In this document: positions 52,563 to 60,993 of the stretch, one piece after another
How the letters are laid out: the number at the start of each line of letters is the position of its first letter
How positions within the stretch are numbered: the first letter of the stretch is position 1
From: Halocafeteria seosinensis
Lineage: Eukaryota
Length of the DNA stretch: 64,000 nt
Assembly: GCA_001687465.1 (NCBI GenBank)
Contig: LVLI01000150.1
Coordinates: 1 to 64,000 of the forward strand
Direction of reading: 5' to 3'
Translations under genes and position numbers: made by a program
Notes under the pieces: model-generated
What the model was told of the DNA's origin: nothing
Databases searched by the model: none
What the model saw: the letters and a program-made list of their open reading frames with translations, nothing else

Positions 52563-52958
52563 ATGCCGAAAAAGAAGGGAGAGCAAGTTTCCGAGTACCT
52601 TAAAGTGTCACACAAAGATTTCTGTGATATCGCCAAACATAGCAACGCCGAACAGTTAGTGGATATTATTAACGACCATTATACAAACGAAAACCACAAC
52701 GACTTTGCGGAAGAGTGTATTCAACGCCTTGATGTAGCCATTGTCGAGGTGGAAAAACGCTGTATTGGCGAATATCTATCGGATACAGGACATACCATAG
52801 CGTCCAAAGCAGAGGAACTTGCTAACAGCCTATCCTTTGACTTGGACGTTAATGATCGTGCCCAGAAGCGGTTTGAAAAACTCATTAAATCTATGACCGC
52901 AAAAGAAGGCTCTAAAGGGGGTGGTTCTAGTAAAAAGAAAAATGAACAGACGCAATAA
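52563..52958 (+). CDS. Element hypothetical protein (helical, basic C-terminal tail)
   Basis: Clean ORF from GGTATATG. Confidence 0.7.
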   Translation: MPKKKGEQVSEYLKVSHKDFCDIAKHSNAEQLVDIINDHYTNENHNDFAEECIQRLDVAIVEVEKRCIGEYLSDTGHTIASKAEELANSLSFDLDVNDRAQKRFEKLIKSMTAKEGSKGGGSSKKKNEQTQ

Positions 52959-53016
52959 GAGCCAATCATGTCAGAAATAAAATTGACCTAGAATCAATTT
53001 TAAAGACTTTGTTATA

Positions 53017-53268
53017 ATGGATAAGTCAGGAGTTGAATTTTTCAGACAAGCAAAGGCTCTATGCTGTTCCTGCCGTCAGGCGAAACCACTGAGCGATGTC
53101 ATTGAATCCATCGTTCGAGCAAGTCATTTAAAAGAGGACTGGTATGTTTTTGTTTGCCGAGCCTGTTACACCCATGCGACAACAATAAACCCTTTTGTTC
53201 ATGTCAGTAAATCCGCTGACGGCAGACCAATTTTTAGACTCATGAAAGAGGTTGAACAAAGCAAATAG
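53017..53268 (+). CDS. Small Zn-ribbon protein
   Basis: CCSC...CRAC pairs; exact AAAATTGA at 52979-52986 upstream. Confidence 0.7.
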   Translation: MDKSGVEFFRQAKALCCSCRQAKPLSDVIESIVRASHLKEDWYVFVCRACYTHATTINPFVHVSKSADGRPIFRLMKEVEQSK

Positions 53269-53293
53269 AGACAATTTATAGACATATGGTATA

Positions 53294-53665
53294 ATGGCAT
53301 CTGAACGACAAGAGATGAGGGAATGGGATACTCAAAGTCCTTTGGCAGGGAATATTATTTATCTAAACGATGATTTACGTGAAAAGGTTAGAAACTATCA
53401 AGCATCAGCACATTACCAAGTTAGGGAACTTCAACAACAGCGTGTTCCAAACCACTGCAAAATCCTTACTTTCATTGTCAATGATGACAACAATATTCAT
53501 ATGGATTCATTCGCTTTACTGGCGTGTGATTCCTATGAAGAACTTGCTGACAATACTTTGTGCGAAACGGTGGATGGTCAGTACGTTCGACCCGTTCAAT
53601 TTAATTTTGATCCAAATTCCCGAACCCCTTGGTTCGATCTCATTAACTACCTAGGTATTGAATAG
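53294..53665 (+). CDS. Element hypothetical protein (123 aa)
   Basis: Clean ORF from GGTATAATG, followed directly by a hairpin. Confidence 0.7.
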   Translation: MASERQEMREWDTQSPLAGNIIYLNDDLREKVRNYQASAHYQVRELQQQRVPNHCKILTFIVNDDNNIHMDSFALLACDSYEELADNTLCETVDGQYVRPVQFNFDPNSRTPWFDLINYLGIE

Positions 53666-53667
53666 GA

Positions 53668-53692
53668 ATAAAGTCACAACATGTGACTTTAT
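53668..53692. terminator. Perfect 11-bp hairpin between convergent genes
   Basis: ATAAAGTCACA-ACA-TGTGACTTTAT, 2 nt after stop 53665 and 5 nt from the opposite-strand stop at 53698. Confidence 0.6.
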
Positions 53693-53697
53693 CATCA

Positions 53698-53787
53698 CTA
53701 CTTTGGTTGAAGGATTTTTCCAACCATCTGACCTGCGTCTATTAACTTCCCAACAGTTTTGGCTTGACGTTCTCGTTTGCCCAACAT
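53698..53787 (-). CDS. Possible 29-aa basic/amphipathic peptide
   Basis: MLGKRERQAKTVGKLIDAGQMVGKILQPK fills the gap between the penton stop and the hairpin. Confidence 0.4.
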   Translation of the reverse strand: MLGKRERQAKTVGKLIDAGQMVGKILQPK

Positions 53788-53812
53788 ATCTGTATATTAT
53801 ACCGTTGAATTC

Positions 53813-54547
53813 TTACAGGATTTCCATCAACAACTCTAAATAGATATTTGACCCGTTCAGATTCATGTCTCTGTAATTGTCGTCCAATAATTCAATGTCA
53901 AACTCACTCAGACTAGCATCCACGGGGTGAAAGACGATAGAATTCCTTTCAGGACTGTAAATCAAAAAATCGCCAAATGAAACCGAATTGGGGATACTAA
54001 CCAAGGCCGATGGGGTTATCTCTTCATTCGGACTAATGACTTTGCGGGAATCCACAATGCTTTTGCTAGAAATATTATAGACCAGCGTTGAAGCAATCCG
54101 TGGCAATCCAGTAAGCGTCTTAGTGGTAGCGTCGGCAATCGGATCAAAATCAGCAGAAGCAATCAACCCCACCCGTTCGTTTGCTTTGTCCGGTAGATCA
54201 TTGCCATCAATATCGGTGTCTGTCTTTAAAAACCTAATTTGACTGCCTGTGGCGTTATCCACAATGATCCGTTGGCTATCGCTATCCACATCAAATGTCA
54301 AACCACTAAACCCAGCATTGTCCGCCAGATCCGTTAGATGATCCGCAAATCCCTGTAGATCCTGAAACAATGTCTTAGTGGAAATGGACAAACTAGTCGC
54401 CGTCGTAGCGGAAGCCGAATCATAGAAATACAGTTTGTTGTTTTTATCATTGAACGGATAAGCAGTATTTGGAATAATCGCTTTGGCCACACCAATTTGA
54501 GCTTTTTGCCGATGACCACCGACAGCATCATCCAATTTGAATATCAT
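53813..54547 (-). CDS. Minor capsid (penton)-like single jelly-roll protein, probably 5'-truncated
   Basis: IGVAKAIIPNTAYPFNDKNNKLYF and LVSIPNSVSFGDFLIYSP...SLSEFDIELLDDNYRDMNLNGSNIYLELLMEIL match the recalled PLV/virophage penton pattern (IP...G..I.Y.P...I.I.L.D......LNG). Confidence 0.75.
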   Translation of the reverse strand: MIFKLDDAVGGHRQKAQIGVAKAIIPNTAYPFNDKNNKLYFYDSASATTATSLSISTKTLFQDLQGFADHLTDLADNAGFSGLTFDVDSDSQRIIVDNATGSQIRFLKTDTDIDGNDLPDKANERVGLIASADFDPIADATTKTLTGLPRIASTLVYNISSKSIVDSRKVISPNEEITPSALVSIPNSVSFGDFLIYSPERNSIVFHPVDASLSEFDIELLDDNYRDMNLNGSNIYLELLMEIL

Positions 54548-54839
54548 CCCCCAATATATTTGCTCCATCGCTAAATACAAATTGGGCACTGTCATGATTG
54601 ACAATTTGCGTCTCTACATAGGTGGCTGGCGGGTCTAACAAGGCCGAATGGTTCTGCAATTTGACCGATATTTCGTTATCACCTGACGGTGTATATCCGC
54701 TGATTCCACCTGTTGGTTTGAGTGTAATCTGTTCACGACTTTGGAGATTGTCAAGCAACTTAAAATTGGATGGGTTGAGCCTCGAATCTAAGTGAAGCAC
54801 GTCATTCTGCTCAGCAATAGGACGTTGTTCTTGTGACAT
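54528..54839 (-). pseudogene. 5' stub (103 aa) of a PLV-type double jelly-roll major capsid protein
   Basis: SREQITLKPTGGISGYTPSGDNEISVKLQNHSALLDPPATYVETQIVN...GANILGDDIQI fits the recalled N-terminal strands of PLV MCPs; it stops where it runs into penton sequence. Confidence 0.62.
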
Positions 54840-55470
54840 ATAATCTGTTGTTTAAAGTTGTTGTTAGTTCCTGAATGACGGCATCATAATCAAGTTTTTC
54901 TTTGGTGATACCACGTTCAGTTTCTATTTCATGATGGTCATACAGACGATCTCTTTTACAAACGGCGTCATAGAAATGGGTGAAATAGCCGAAATGTTTA
55001 TTTTTGTTATTGAACATTATATCTACCCTCCATTTTCTAGATTTTCTTTCCCAATTAACACCAGTCGCACCGGACGTATTGTCAGTTCGTTTGTTTCTAT
55101 TTTTCTCCTGTTCGTATCGTGTTAAAACCCTAAGATTGGTCAATTGGTTGTTATCATAATTACGATCGTCATGGTCAGCAGTCCAGTCATAAAGATAACT
55201 ATCTCGGTAGTTATAGTCATAAAAGGAAGATATCATAAGCCGTGAAAGCATATAACGATTGTCTTTTCCGTTTGTGCACAAACTAACCCTGTGGTATCCT
55301 TGTTTGTTAAAGTTGTGTTTCAAAAATGTCGGCTTATTACCAAATTTCGGTTTCTTCTTTTTCTGACTCAGCACCCGCCCTTGATCCGAAATCCAATATC
55401 CATCAATATACTCCTCAGAATTCATTCGTACCGGCGTCCAGTTTTCCACGTTTTCATGGTTTTCCAACAT
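54811..55470 (-). CDS. NUMOD4-HNH-AP2 homing-type endonuclease
   Basis: ENW...GYWISDQGRVLS; GYHRVSL...SRLM; ADHDDRNYDNNQLTNLR; NTSGATGVNW...KWRVDI...HFGYF. AAAAATGA 24 nt before ATG 55470; 3' end overlaps the MCP start by 29 nt. Confidence 0.88.
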   Translation of the reverse strand: MLENHENVENWTPVRMNSEEYIDGYWISDQGRVLSQKKKKPKFGNKPTFLKHNFNKQGYHRVSLCTNGKDNRYMLSRLMISSFYDYNYRDSYLYDWTADHDDRNYDNNQLTNLRVLTRYEQEKNRNKRTDNTSGATGVNWERKSRKWRVDIMFNNKNKHFGYFTHFYDAVCKRDRLYDHHEIETERGITKEKLDYDAVIQELTTTLNNRLYVTRTTSYC

Positions 55471-55515
55471 GTGATTACGACCCCACATGTTCAATCATTT
55501 TTGTGCTTTAGCCAA

Positions 55516-56343
55516 TCATCCCAACTTAAAGAATTGACGTGGATTCGCACCTTTAGGTTTTTCGGGAACGGTTTGCTTTGCCTCTTTGGCTCGTTGTTTC
55601 ATGGATTCCTTTGGTTTTGCCTTCGTATTCGTTTTTACTTTAAATCCCAACCGCTCTATTTGGTTGCTTCCTCGTCTGTTGATAATCGGTTGTTGCGACT
55701 TTGGTTGTTCCGGCTGTGGCTGCAACATTTCCGGTGGAAGCATATCAGCGTATGGAATGGGATATTCCGGTTCATAATAAGAAGGCTGTGCATCGGGTTT
55801 TAGTTTTGGCTCTTGAACTTGTTGAACCGGTTGTTGCTGTTCTCCTGAATCATCAAATTGAACTTGTTTGCGGGGTTTTTGTTCGGGTTCTGGCTGTGGT
55901 TGTGGTTGTGATTGCTCTGCCTGACTTTTTCCCTTTTTCTGTTCCTCTGCCTTTTTTCGCTTCGCTTCAATCATTCTTGCCACAGCCTTCTTTTTCTTTT
56001 CCGACATTGGCTTCTTTTGCTTAAACAATCCATTATCAATCGGTTTGTCAAATTGTTTGGGTTCGGTTGGTTCAGCAGTTGGCTGTGTTGGTGGCTGTTG
56101 TACCGGTTGGCTTTGTACCGACTGTGTTGGCTGACTTTCTATCTGACTGTCTTTGCTTTGACTTTTAGATTGCCGAATCAGACTGTTCAATTCTTTTAGC
56201 GACATGACCACCGATTTATCGTTAGATGGTTTGGATTGGGGTGGATTTTTGACTTGTTGGGCTTCCGGTTCTTCGTTGTTCGTTTCGACCTCTTGGTATT
56301 GTTCTAAATATTTACTTAACTCGTCCAAATCTATTTCACTCAT
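55516..56343 (-). CDS. Low-complexity Q/P/K/E-rich protein with a basic helix
   Basis: 275-aa ORF containing KKPMSEKKKKAVARMIEAKRKKAEE. Confidence 0.75.
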   Translation of the reverse strand: MSEIDLDELSKYLEQYQEVETNNEEPEAQQVKNPPQSKPSNDKSVVMSLKELNSLIRQSKSQSKDSQIESQPTQSVQSQPVQQPPTQPTAEPTEPKQFDKPIDNGLFKQKKPMSEKKKKAVARMIEAKRKKAEEQKKGKSQAEQSQPQPQPEPEQKPRKQVQFDDSGEQQQPVQQVQEPKLKPDAQPSYYEPEYPIPYADMLPPEMLQPQPEQPKSQQPIINRRGSNQIERLGFKVKTNTKAKPKESMKQRAKEAKQTVPEKPKGANPRQFFKLG

Positions 56344-56368
56344 CGTATATGTTGTCGTAAAATGTTGA

Positions 56369-56393
56369 TACGTCTATCGTATCCATAGACGTA
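56369..56393 (-). terminator. 9-bp hairpin 3' of the lipase gene
   Basis: TACGTCTAT-7 nt-ATAGACGTA, 9 nt beyond the stop at 56403. Confidence 0.55.
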
Positions 56394-56402
56394 ACGTTTC
56401 CA

Positions 56403-57140
56403 TTACTGTTCCAAGATGTCTAAGAAGGTACCCATAGTATGATTTGCCACCAAATTGTCACTGTTCAATGGCAATGTTTTTGTTTTGAAACGGGAGAAAG
56501 CGTTGCCAAGTGATACCGGATCCAATCGCCGACGCCATATGACTGTTTTGTTTCGCAATTCTGAATCGGTGAAAGACTGTCCAATGTTGGCAAGATTGAT
56601 AGCGGGATTGATGAGATGGAGTCGGTCAATCTGGCGAATCTCTTTACCGGCCATTAATGCACTGAAACCTCCAAGGCTATGCCCTATGACATTAATCCGA
56701 TTTGGGTTGGTTTCCCGAATTGCACGTTTCAAAACAGGCATGTCTTTTTTAACCCTGCTGTTTTGATTGGTATGGCTAATCAACTCTAAATCCGATCCGA
56801 CATCTTGAACATTGCTTGTGCCACGGATGGCCAACCACAACACACCATCTTGAAGGTACGTAGCCACATTGTCACTTGATAAATTTTGAAGATATTGATA
56901 CCCGAAGACTGTGGCTCGGCGTTCTGATTTGGGTCGGTACGATTGGTTCTGCATAACAAATCCAACTTTCTCCGATTGCGTTAGTTCGGGGACTTCATCT
57001 TGTCCTGTGGCTCGTTCAAACGTTTGAATGGATTTCTTACCGATTGCTCCAAGCGTTTGCATTTCATTTGTGTTTTTGATCCCGTTCAACAAAGTCTTGC
57101 CGGTTTCTTTTACCAATTTGCCCAGAAATTTCTTACTCAT
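56403..57140 (-). CDS. Class-3 lipase / alpha-beta hydrolase with amphipathic N-terminus
   Basis: LAIRGT...DVGSDL, GHSLGG nucleophile elbow, DPVS and C-terminal H complete the triad. Confidence 0.9.
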   Translation of the reverse strand: MSKKFLGKLVKETGKTLLNGIKNTNEMQTLGAIGKKSIQTFERATGQDEVPELTQSEKVGFVMQNQSYRPKSERRATVFGYQYLQNLSSDNVATYLQDGVLWLAIRGTSNVQDVGSDLELISHTNQNSRVKKDMPVLKRAIRETNPNRINVIGHSLGGFSALMAGKEIRQIDRLHLINPAINLANIGQSFTDSELRNKTVIWRRRLDPVSLGNAFSRFKTKTLPLNSDNLVANHTMGTFLDILEQ

Positions 57141-57152
57141 ATAGTTTATGGG

Positions 57153-57398
57153 TTATTCCTCGGATACTTCCGCCTTCTCTTCGTCGGCATCCTCGGTTTG
57201 CGATCCCTGATCCTTTTTTTCTTCGGGAGCAACCGGTTGGCTATTCCGGTGGGTTTTAATATTCATTGTTCCTTCCTTGCAGTTACAGTTAGACGCCATG
57301 TCATCGGTGCGACTAAACAACTTGTAGAGAGCGGGTGCGATAGAAATAGATCCGACACTTCCAACTATAATCACAGCAATTGTCCAAGGTTCGAGCAT
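57153..57398 (-). CDS. Small membrane protein
   Basis: GGTATATG start; MLEPWTIAVIIVGSVGSISIAPALYKLF hydrophobic segment, CNC motif, acidic tail. Confidence 0.65.
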   Translation of the reverse strand: MLEPWTIAVIIVGSVGSISIAPALYKLFSRTDDMASNCNCKEGTMNIKTHRNSQPVAPEEKKDQGSQTEDADEEKAEVSEE

Positions 57399-57421
57399 AT
57401 ACCAAAGTGAAAGAATTTTCT

Positions 57422-57811
57422 TCAGAGTTGATCGGCCATCCATCTGGCTTGACTGTCATAATGTTTCATGGCAATTATTTGTTTGTCCGGATAGCGAACA
57501 TACGCAATTTTTATCATATTATCTGGAATACAAGCCCAAATGGTTTGTAACGAGTCTAATCCATATTCCCGAACCGCCCACTTGATATCTGCATCCGTTT
57601 TCAACATGTCCATACTCATATCACCATTTTCAGATTCATGTAACAGGAAATGGCGGTAATGATCAAATAATTCACTCTTTTTGTCCGCATCAGCAATAAA
57701 AACATGTTTAAGTGCTCTATAGAGGTGAATGAGTATGTATTTTGTTTTTCCGTCTTTATCCAAATGGAAAAAATGGGACGATTCTATTTTATCACAGGGA
57801 ATGGATGTCAT
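57422..57811 (-). CDS. Element hypothetical protein (129 aa)
   Basis: Clean ORF; AAAAATGA at 57841-57834 upstream. Confidence 0.7.
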   Translation of the reverse strand: MTSIPCDKIESSHFFHLDKDGKTKYILIHLYRALKHVFIADADKKSELFDHYRHFLLHESENGDMSMDMLKTDADIKWAVREYGLDSLQTIWACIPDNMIKIAYVRYPDKQIIAMKHYDSQARWMADQL

Positions 57812-58000
57812 GGTGGTTATGTCAAAGTGTTCATCATTTTTGTGGGATGGGTCAAATGATTAGCATGTGCAACAATTGATTGACAATAAGAGAGAGAAAT
57901 AATAGAACTTGAATCCGTTCATTTACCTCTTTGGGTAATTGTACTATCACGCCAAACAGTACAAAAAGACCAAACATGTTACACGTTGAACATAAATCAA

Positions 58001-58405
58001 TCATTTTTTGTGGGGTGGATGATTCCAATCATAAAGAAAATCATATTGATTCACGTCTCCCAAGACATGAGAATGTGTCTCGTCAATGTCAAATTGTGTC
58101 GTTCGTATTCCGGCTCTATTTCGTGTAATGAACAATGGCAATCTTGGACTTAATAACTTAATCCGAGCACCATTTCCGTCCAAGGTTGTTTCAAAGGCAT
58201 TGCCATCTAAACGAATTGGATTATCCACAATATATTGCCTTTGGTCAAACCGAAGTGTCATGCCCATATTGGGAATTAAATGATTGACTGCGCCTTGTAT
58301 TTGTGTTGTATCGTCTGTTCCATTAAAGTCTCTGACATATAAAACACTGCGTGGCTCACTCTGTGCTCTGGATCGTCCAAACAGTTGGCCGATAAATGAC
58401 AACAT
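58001..58405 (-). CDS. Pectate-lyase-3-like beta-helix N-terminal fragment (fibre/spike-like), likely truncated
   Basis: LYVRDFNGTDDTTQIQGAVN...TLRF...Y.V..PI.L...LDGNGARIK is the usual beta-helix cap; 134 aa is too short for a full domain. Confidence 0.6.
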   Translation of the reverse strand: MLSFIGQLFGRSRAQSEPRSVLYVRDFNGTDDTTQIQGAVNHLIPNMGMTLRFDQRQYIVDNPIRLDGNAFETTLDGNGARIKLLSPRLPLFITRNRAGIRTTQFDIDETHSHVLGDVNQYDFLYDWNHPPHKK

Positions 58406-58445
58406 CTCTATACTCCAATAATAGAGAATCTGTTTTAACCGGTTT

Positions 58446-58709
58446 TTATCGTCGGTTATTTTTACATTTCTTGGACAAACGGTGAGTGTAAATACTGGAT
58501 TTGCTCACCAGTGTGCCACACAACTTACAAGGGACTTGGTTCTTTTGGATTTCTTCGGCATATCGGCATTTGAACGTTTTGATGTGGTCATGCATACTTT
58601 TACGTTTGAGTGTTGCTCCACAACGGTCACAATTGACTATTTCTTCGCCCGACTCGCCTGAAGTGATAATACTGTTCTTGTAAAAAATGTTCCCACTTTG
58701 ATCGGACAT
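58446..58709 (-). CDS. Double C2HC/C2H2-type zinc-finger protein
   Basis: CDRCG...HIKTFKC and CKLCG...HRLSKKC; AAAAATGA at 58737-58730. Confidence 0.8.
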   Translation of the reverse strand: MSDQSGNIFYKNSIITSGESGEEIVNCDRCGATLKRKSMHDHIKTFKCRYAEEIQKNQVPCKLCGTLVSKSSIYTHRLSKKCKNNRR

Positions 58710-58747
58710 AGCGGTTTGTCAAAGTCCATTCATTTTTTGTGGCTCAG

Positions 58748-59158
58748 TTAAAATTTGGGTTTAATGAATTTGTTGCGTTTGATCCGAAACGTCTTTAATT
58801 TCCGTGCGTTGTGGATTTCCGAACAACCCAATACCATTCCAGTCCGAATGTACGGAAGTTCATTGCGTTCCAATTTTATGATTTGGGCATGAATTTTTCC
58901 AAGGACAATAGTGACAAGACATACATAAATGGGATCATCTATTGCTTTTTCAGCCAATCTATCTAGCGATGGATGATTTATGGTATAGGTGCTCTCGTCC
59001 AATGATTTGTACATAAAGACATCCGTCTCGCAGGGGGGAAAATACAGTACTTCAAAACAGGTATGGCTGTCCAGTAGTTTTTGTTCGGTGTTCGCCACCA
59101 GCCAATGCACGGCATCATATAATACTTGATCTTGTTGATAACTGTTTAAAAAATCCAT
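58748..59158 (-). CDS. Element hypothetical protein (136 aa)
   Basis: Start taken at MDFLNSY because the longer ORF call overlaps the tRNA. Confidence 0.65.
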   Translation of the reverse strand: MDFLNSYQQDQVLYDAVHWLVANTEQKLLDSHTCFEVLYFPPCETDVFMYKSLDESTYTINHPSLDRLAEKAIDDPIYVCLVTIVLGKIHAQIIKLERNELPYIRTGMVLGCSEIHNARKLKTFRIKRNKFIKPKF

Positions 59159-59208
59159 CCTTTCTCTATACCAATGATATAAAGAAATGGTTCTAAGTAA
59201 CAAAGTCA

Positions 59209-59281
59209 CGATTCCACAGAGATTCGAACTCTGATCCTTCAGATTAACAGTCTGACGCTCTACCAATTGAGCCATGGAATC
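59209..59281 (-). tRNA. tRNA-Asn(GTT), intronless, no encoded CCA
   Basis: GATTCCA-TG-GCTC AATTGGTA GAGC-G-TCAGA CTGTTAA TCTGA-AGGAT-CAGAG TTCGAAT CTCTG-TGGAATC-G; all four stems pair perfectly; 73 nt. Confidence 0.96.
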
Positions 59282-59301
59282 AGTGGGAATAGATCGTTTG
59301 C

Positions 59302-59769
59302 CTATTCATCGTCATCCACAAGATATATACTATCCTCATCGGAATCGCTAATTTCATCTGGACTGGGGTAAGAAGATAGTTCATTGAAGGATAACTCATT
59401 AAAGAGATACTGTAGTTTCTTACACAACCAGCCATTCTTCTCCACTTCACTCTCTTCAAGTTTTTGTTTTAGCCATTTCAGATAGTCGGGGGCTTTCTGC
59501 ATGACCTTCCGCATAGACTTGCCCTCGTACAACCCGAAAGGCAACCTTTGATCGGCCTTGCCAAAAATCATTTGCAGTTCTTTCATAAAGAGGGTTGAAC
59601 CAAACTCTTCTTCTTTATTTTCCGTCAGTAATTTCCACACATAAGCGGGTTTGGTCTTACAGATGTGGCCAATCGTTTCGCCCTTGTACTGGCCGAAGTT
59701 GAATGTATGGTTGAAGATATCCTGATCCGTGGTTTTGCTTTGACTCTTTTGTTGTGGCTGGTTGGACAT
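59302..59769 (-). CDS. Protein with two ExoX-C-terminal/DUF3820-like motifs and an acidic tail
   Basis: FNFGQYKGETI...PAYVWKL and LPFGLYEGKSM...PDYLKWL; AAAAATGA at 59799-59792. Confidence 0.75.
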   Translation of the reverse strand: MSNQPQQKSQSKTTDQDIFNHTFNFGQYKGETIGHICKTKPAYVWKLLTENKEEEFGSTLFMKELQMIFGKADQRLPFGLYEGKSMRKVMQKAPDYLKWLKQKLEESEVEKNGWLCKKLQYLFNELSFNELSSYPSPDEISDSDEDSIYLVDDDE

Positions 59770-59857
59770 GATTACCTATAACCACCTCCATTCATTTTTT
59801 TCTATTCGGTTTTTTGCGAAAACATTGTCTTAAAATAATTCGTTCTAGATAGTCATA

Positions 59858-60679
59858 ATGACCACCACCGTACCAACCGTACCCGATTGTCGTCAATTGA
59901 AACGGTATAGTGACATTCAATTGCTGTATCTAAGTCAAATTTATATACACGAACGTTTCCTAAACAGAAAGAAACTCATCCGATGGTTAAAAATGACCTA
60001 TTATATCTACAAACACCGTAGCCATTTGTTCTATTTGTCTTATGGTATTTATGAACTCGCTCTGATCACCGGATTTTACTATGGATCAACTGAGATCATG
60101 CAATATGCGTATAACGTATGTCCTCCAAGATGTTCCCCGCTCGATTGTTTTGATTGTCGGGAAAATTGCACACATTTCTTATCCAAATGTATTAGCGACC
60201 TGCCGACCATTCAACTCAGTTCAGACCAATTTCTACATGCTCTACATTTTTTAGAGGATTATTCTCCTTTTTCCCTTGATTTCTATATCACAATATTCAG
60301 TCGAACCGGCTCATCCCCTGATGTCATTCCATCCAATCTAACCTTTTACTACATGATCTTTTTGGCTCATTTAAAGTACTATGATCTGGCTGTTGTTGTC
60401 CGATTTTATGAACTGTATCCTGACATCCGGAACATGTTGCGGAAACAACCGATGTGGCAGGGGGCACAGTCCCATCAAATACCTAGAGGATGTATAATCA
60501 ATGACAAATATTTAAAAATTGACTATACACAATTGAAACAGGGACAATTTGATTGTGTGGTTTGCTGGGAATCAGAGTATCCTCGGCGAGAGGTATGTTC
60601 CAACAATGAGGAACATTGTGTCTGTGATCAGTGTTTGGATCAAATAGTACAATTGTATTGTCCTCTCTGTAATCAATAG
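59858..60679 (+). CDS. RING-finger (C3HC4) protein with a hydrophobic segment, putative E3 ligase
   Basis: C-terminal CVVC...C...HCVCDQC...CPLC; hydrophobic LFYLSYGIYELALITGFYY. Confidence 0.8.
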   Translation: MTTTVPTVPDCRQLKRYSDIQLLYLSQIYIHERFLNRKKLIRWLKMTYYIYKHRSHLFYLSYGIYELALITGFYYGSTEIMQYAYNVCPPRCSPLDCFDCRENCTHFLSKCISDLPTIQLSSDQFLHALHFLEDYSPFSLDFYITIFSRTGSSPDVIPSNLTFYYMIFLAHLKYYDLAVVVRFYELYPDIRNMLRKQPMWQGAQSHQIPRGCIINDKYLKIDYTQLKQGQFDCVVCWESEYPRREVCSNNEEHCVCDQCLDQIVQLYCPLCNQ

Positions 60680-60681
60680 AG

Positions 60682-60993
60682 TTAAGTCGTGGCGGGAATC
60701 AAAAATGCTTCTATTTTACTATGCACCGTTTTACTTGAGCCGAGATTACCGTTGTCATTTATTTCAGTGATAAAGTCAATATTTTGTGTGGTGTTGGTTA
60801 AAATGGTAAAAGAATAATACATAGTCAAATCATTCTCTGATCCAATAATATGGGTGGTCGGGTTTATTCTTGAGGCATCGCTGTTGTTGTTAAATGATTC
60901 CGCTACAGGGGCAAAAACATCTCCAACATCATCTGTTGCTTTATGAATGACAAATATATTACCGCCGGTATTCACATAATCCGACCAAACCAA
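60682..60993 (-). pseudogene. 5'-truncated beta-rich ORF fragment
   Basis: 103 open codons with no ATG start, abutting the 174-bp repeats; composition compatible with a fibre-head domain (inference). Confidence 0.45.

Noticed and set aside
54540..54556. Programmed ribosomal frameshift linking MCP stub and penton
   Set aside because: No X XXY YYZ slippery site, and the stub is far too short for a double jelly-roll; deletion is simpler.
59159..59275. 5' extension of ORF 58748-59275 (MAQLVERQTVN...)
   Set aside because: It is the translation of the tRNA-Asn gene.
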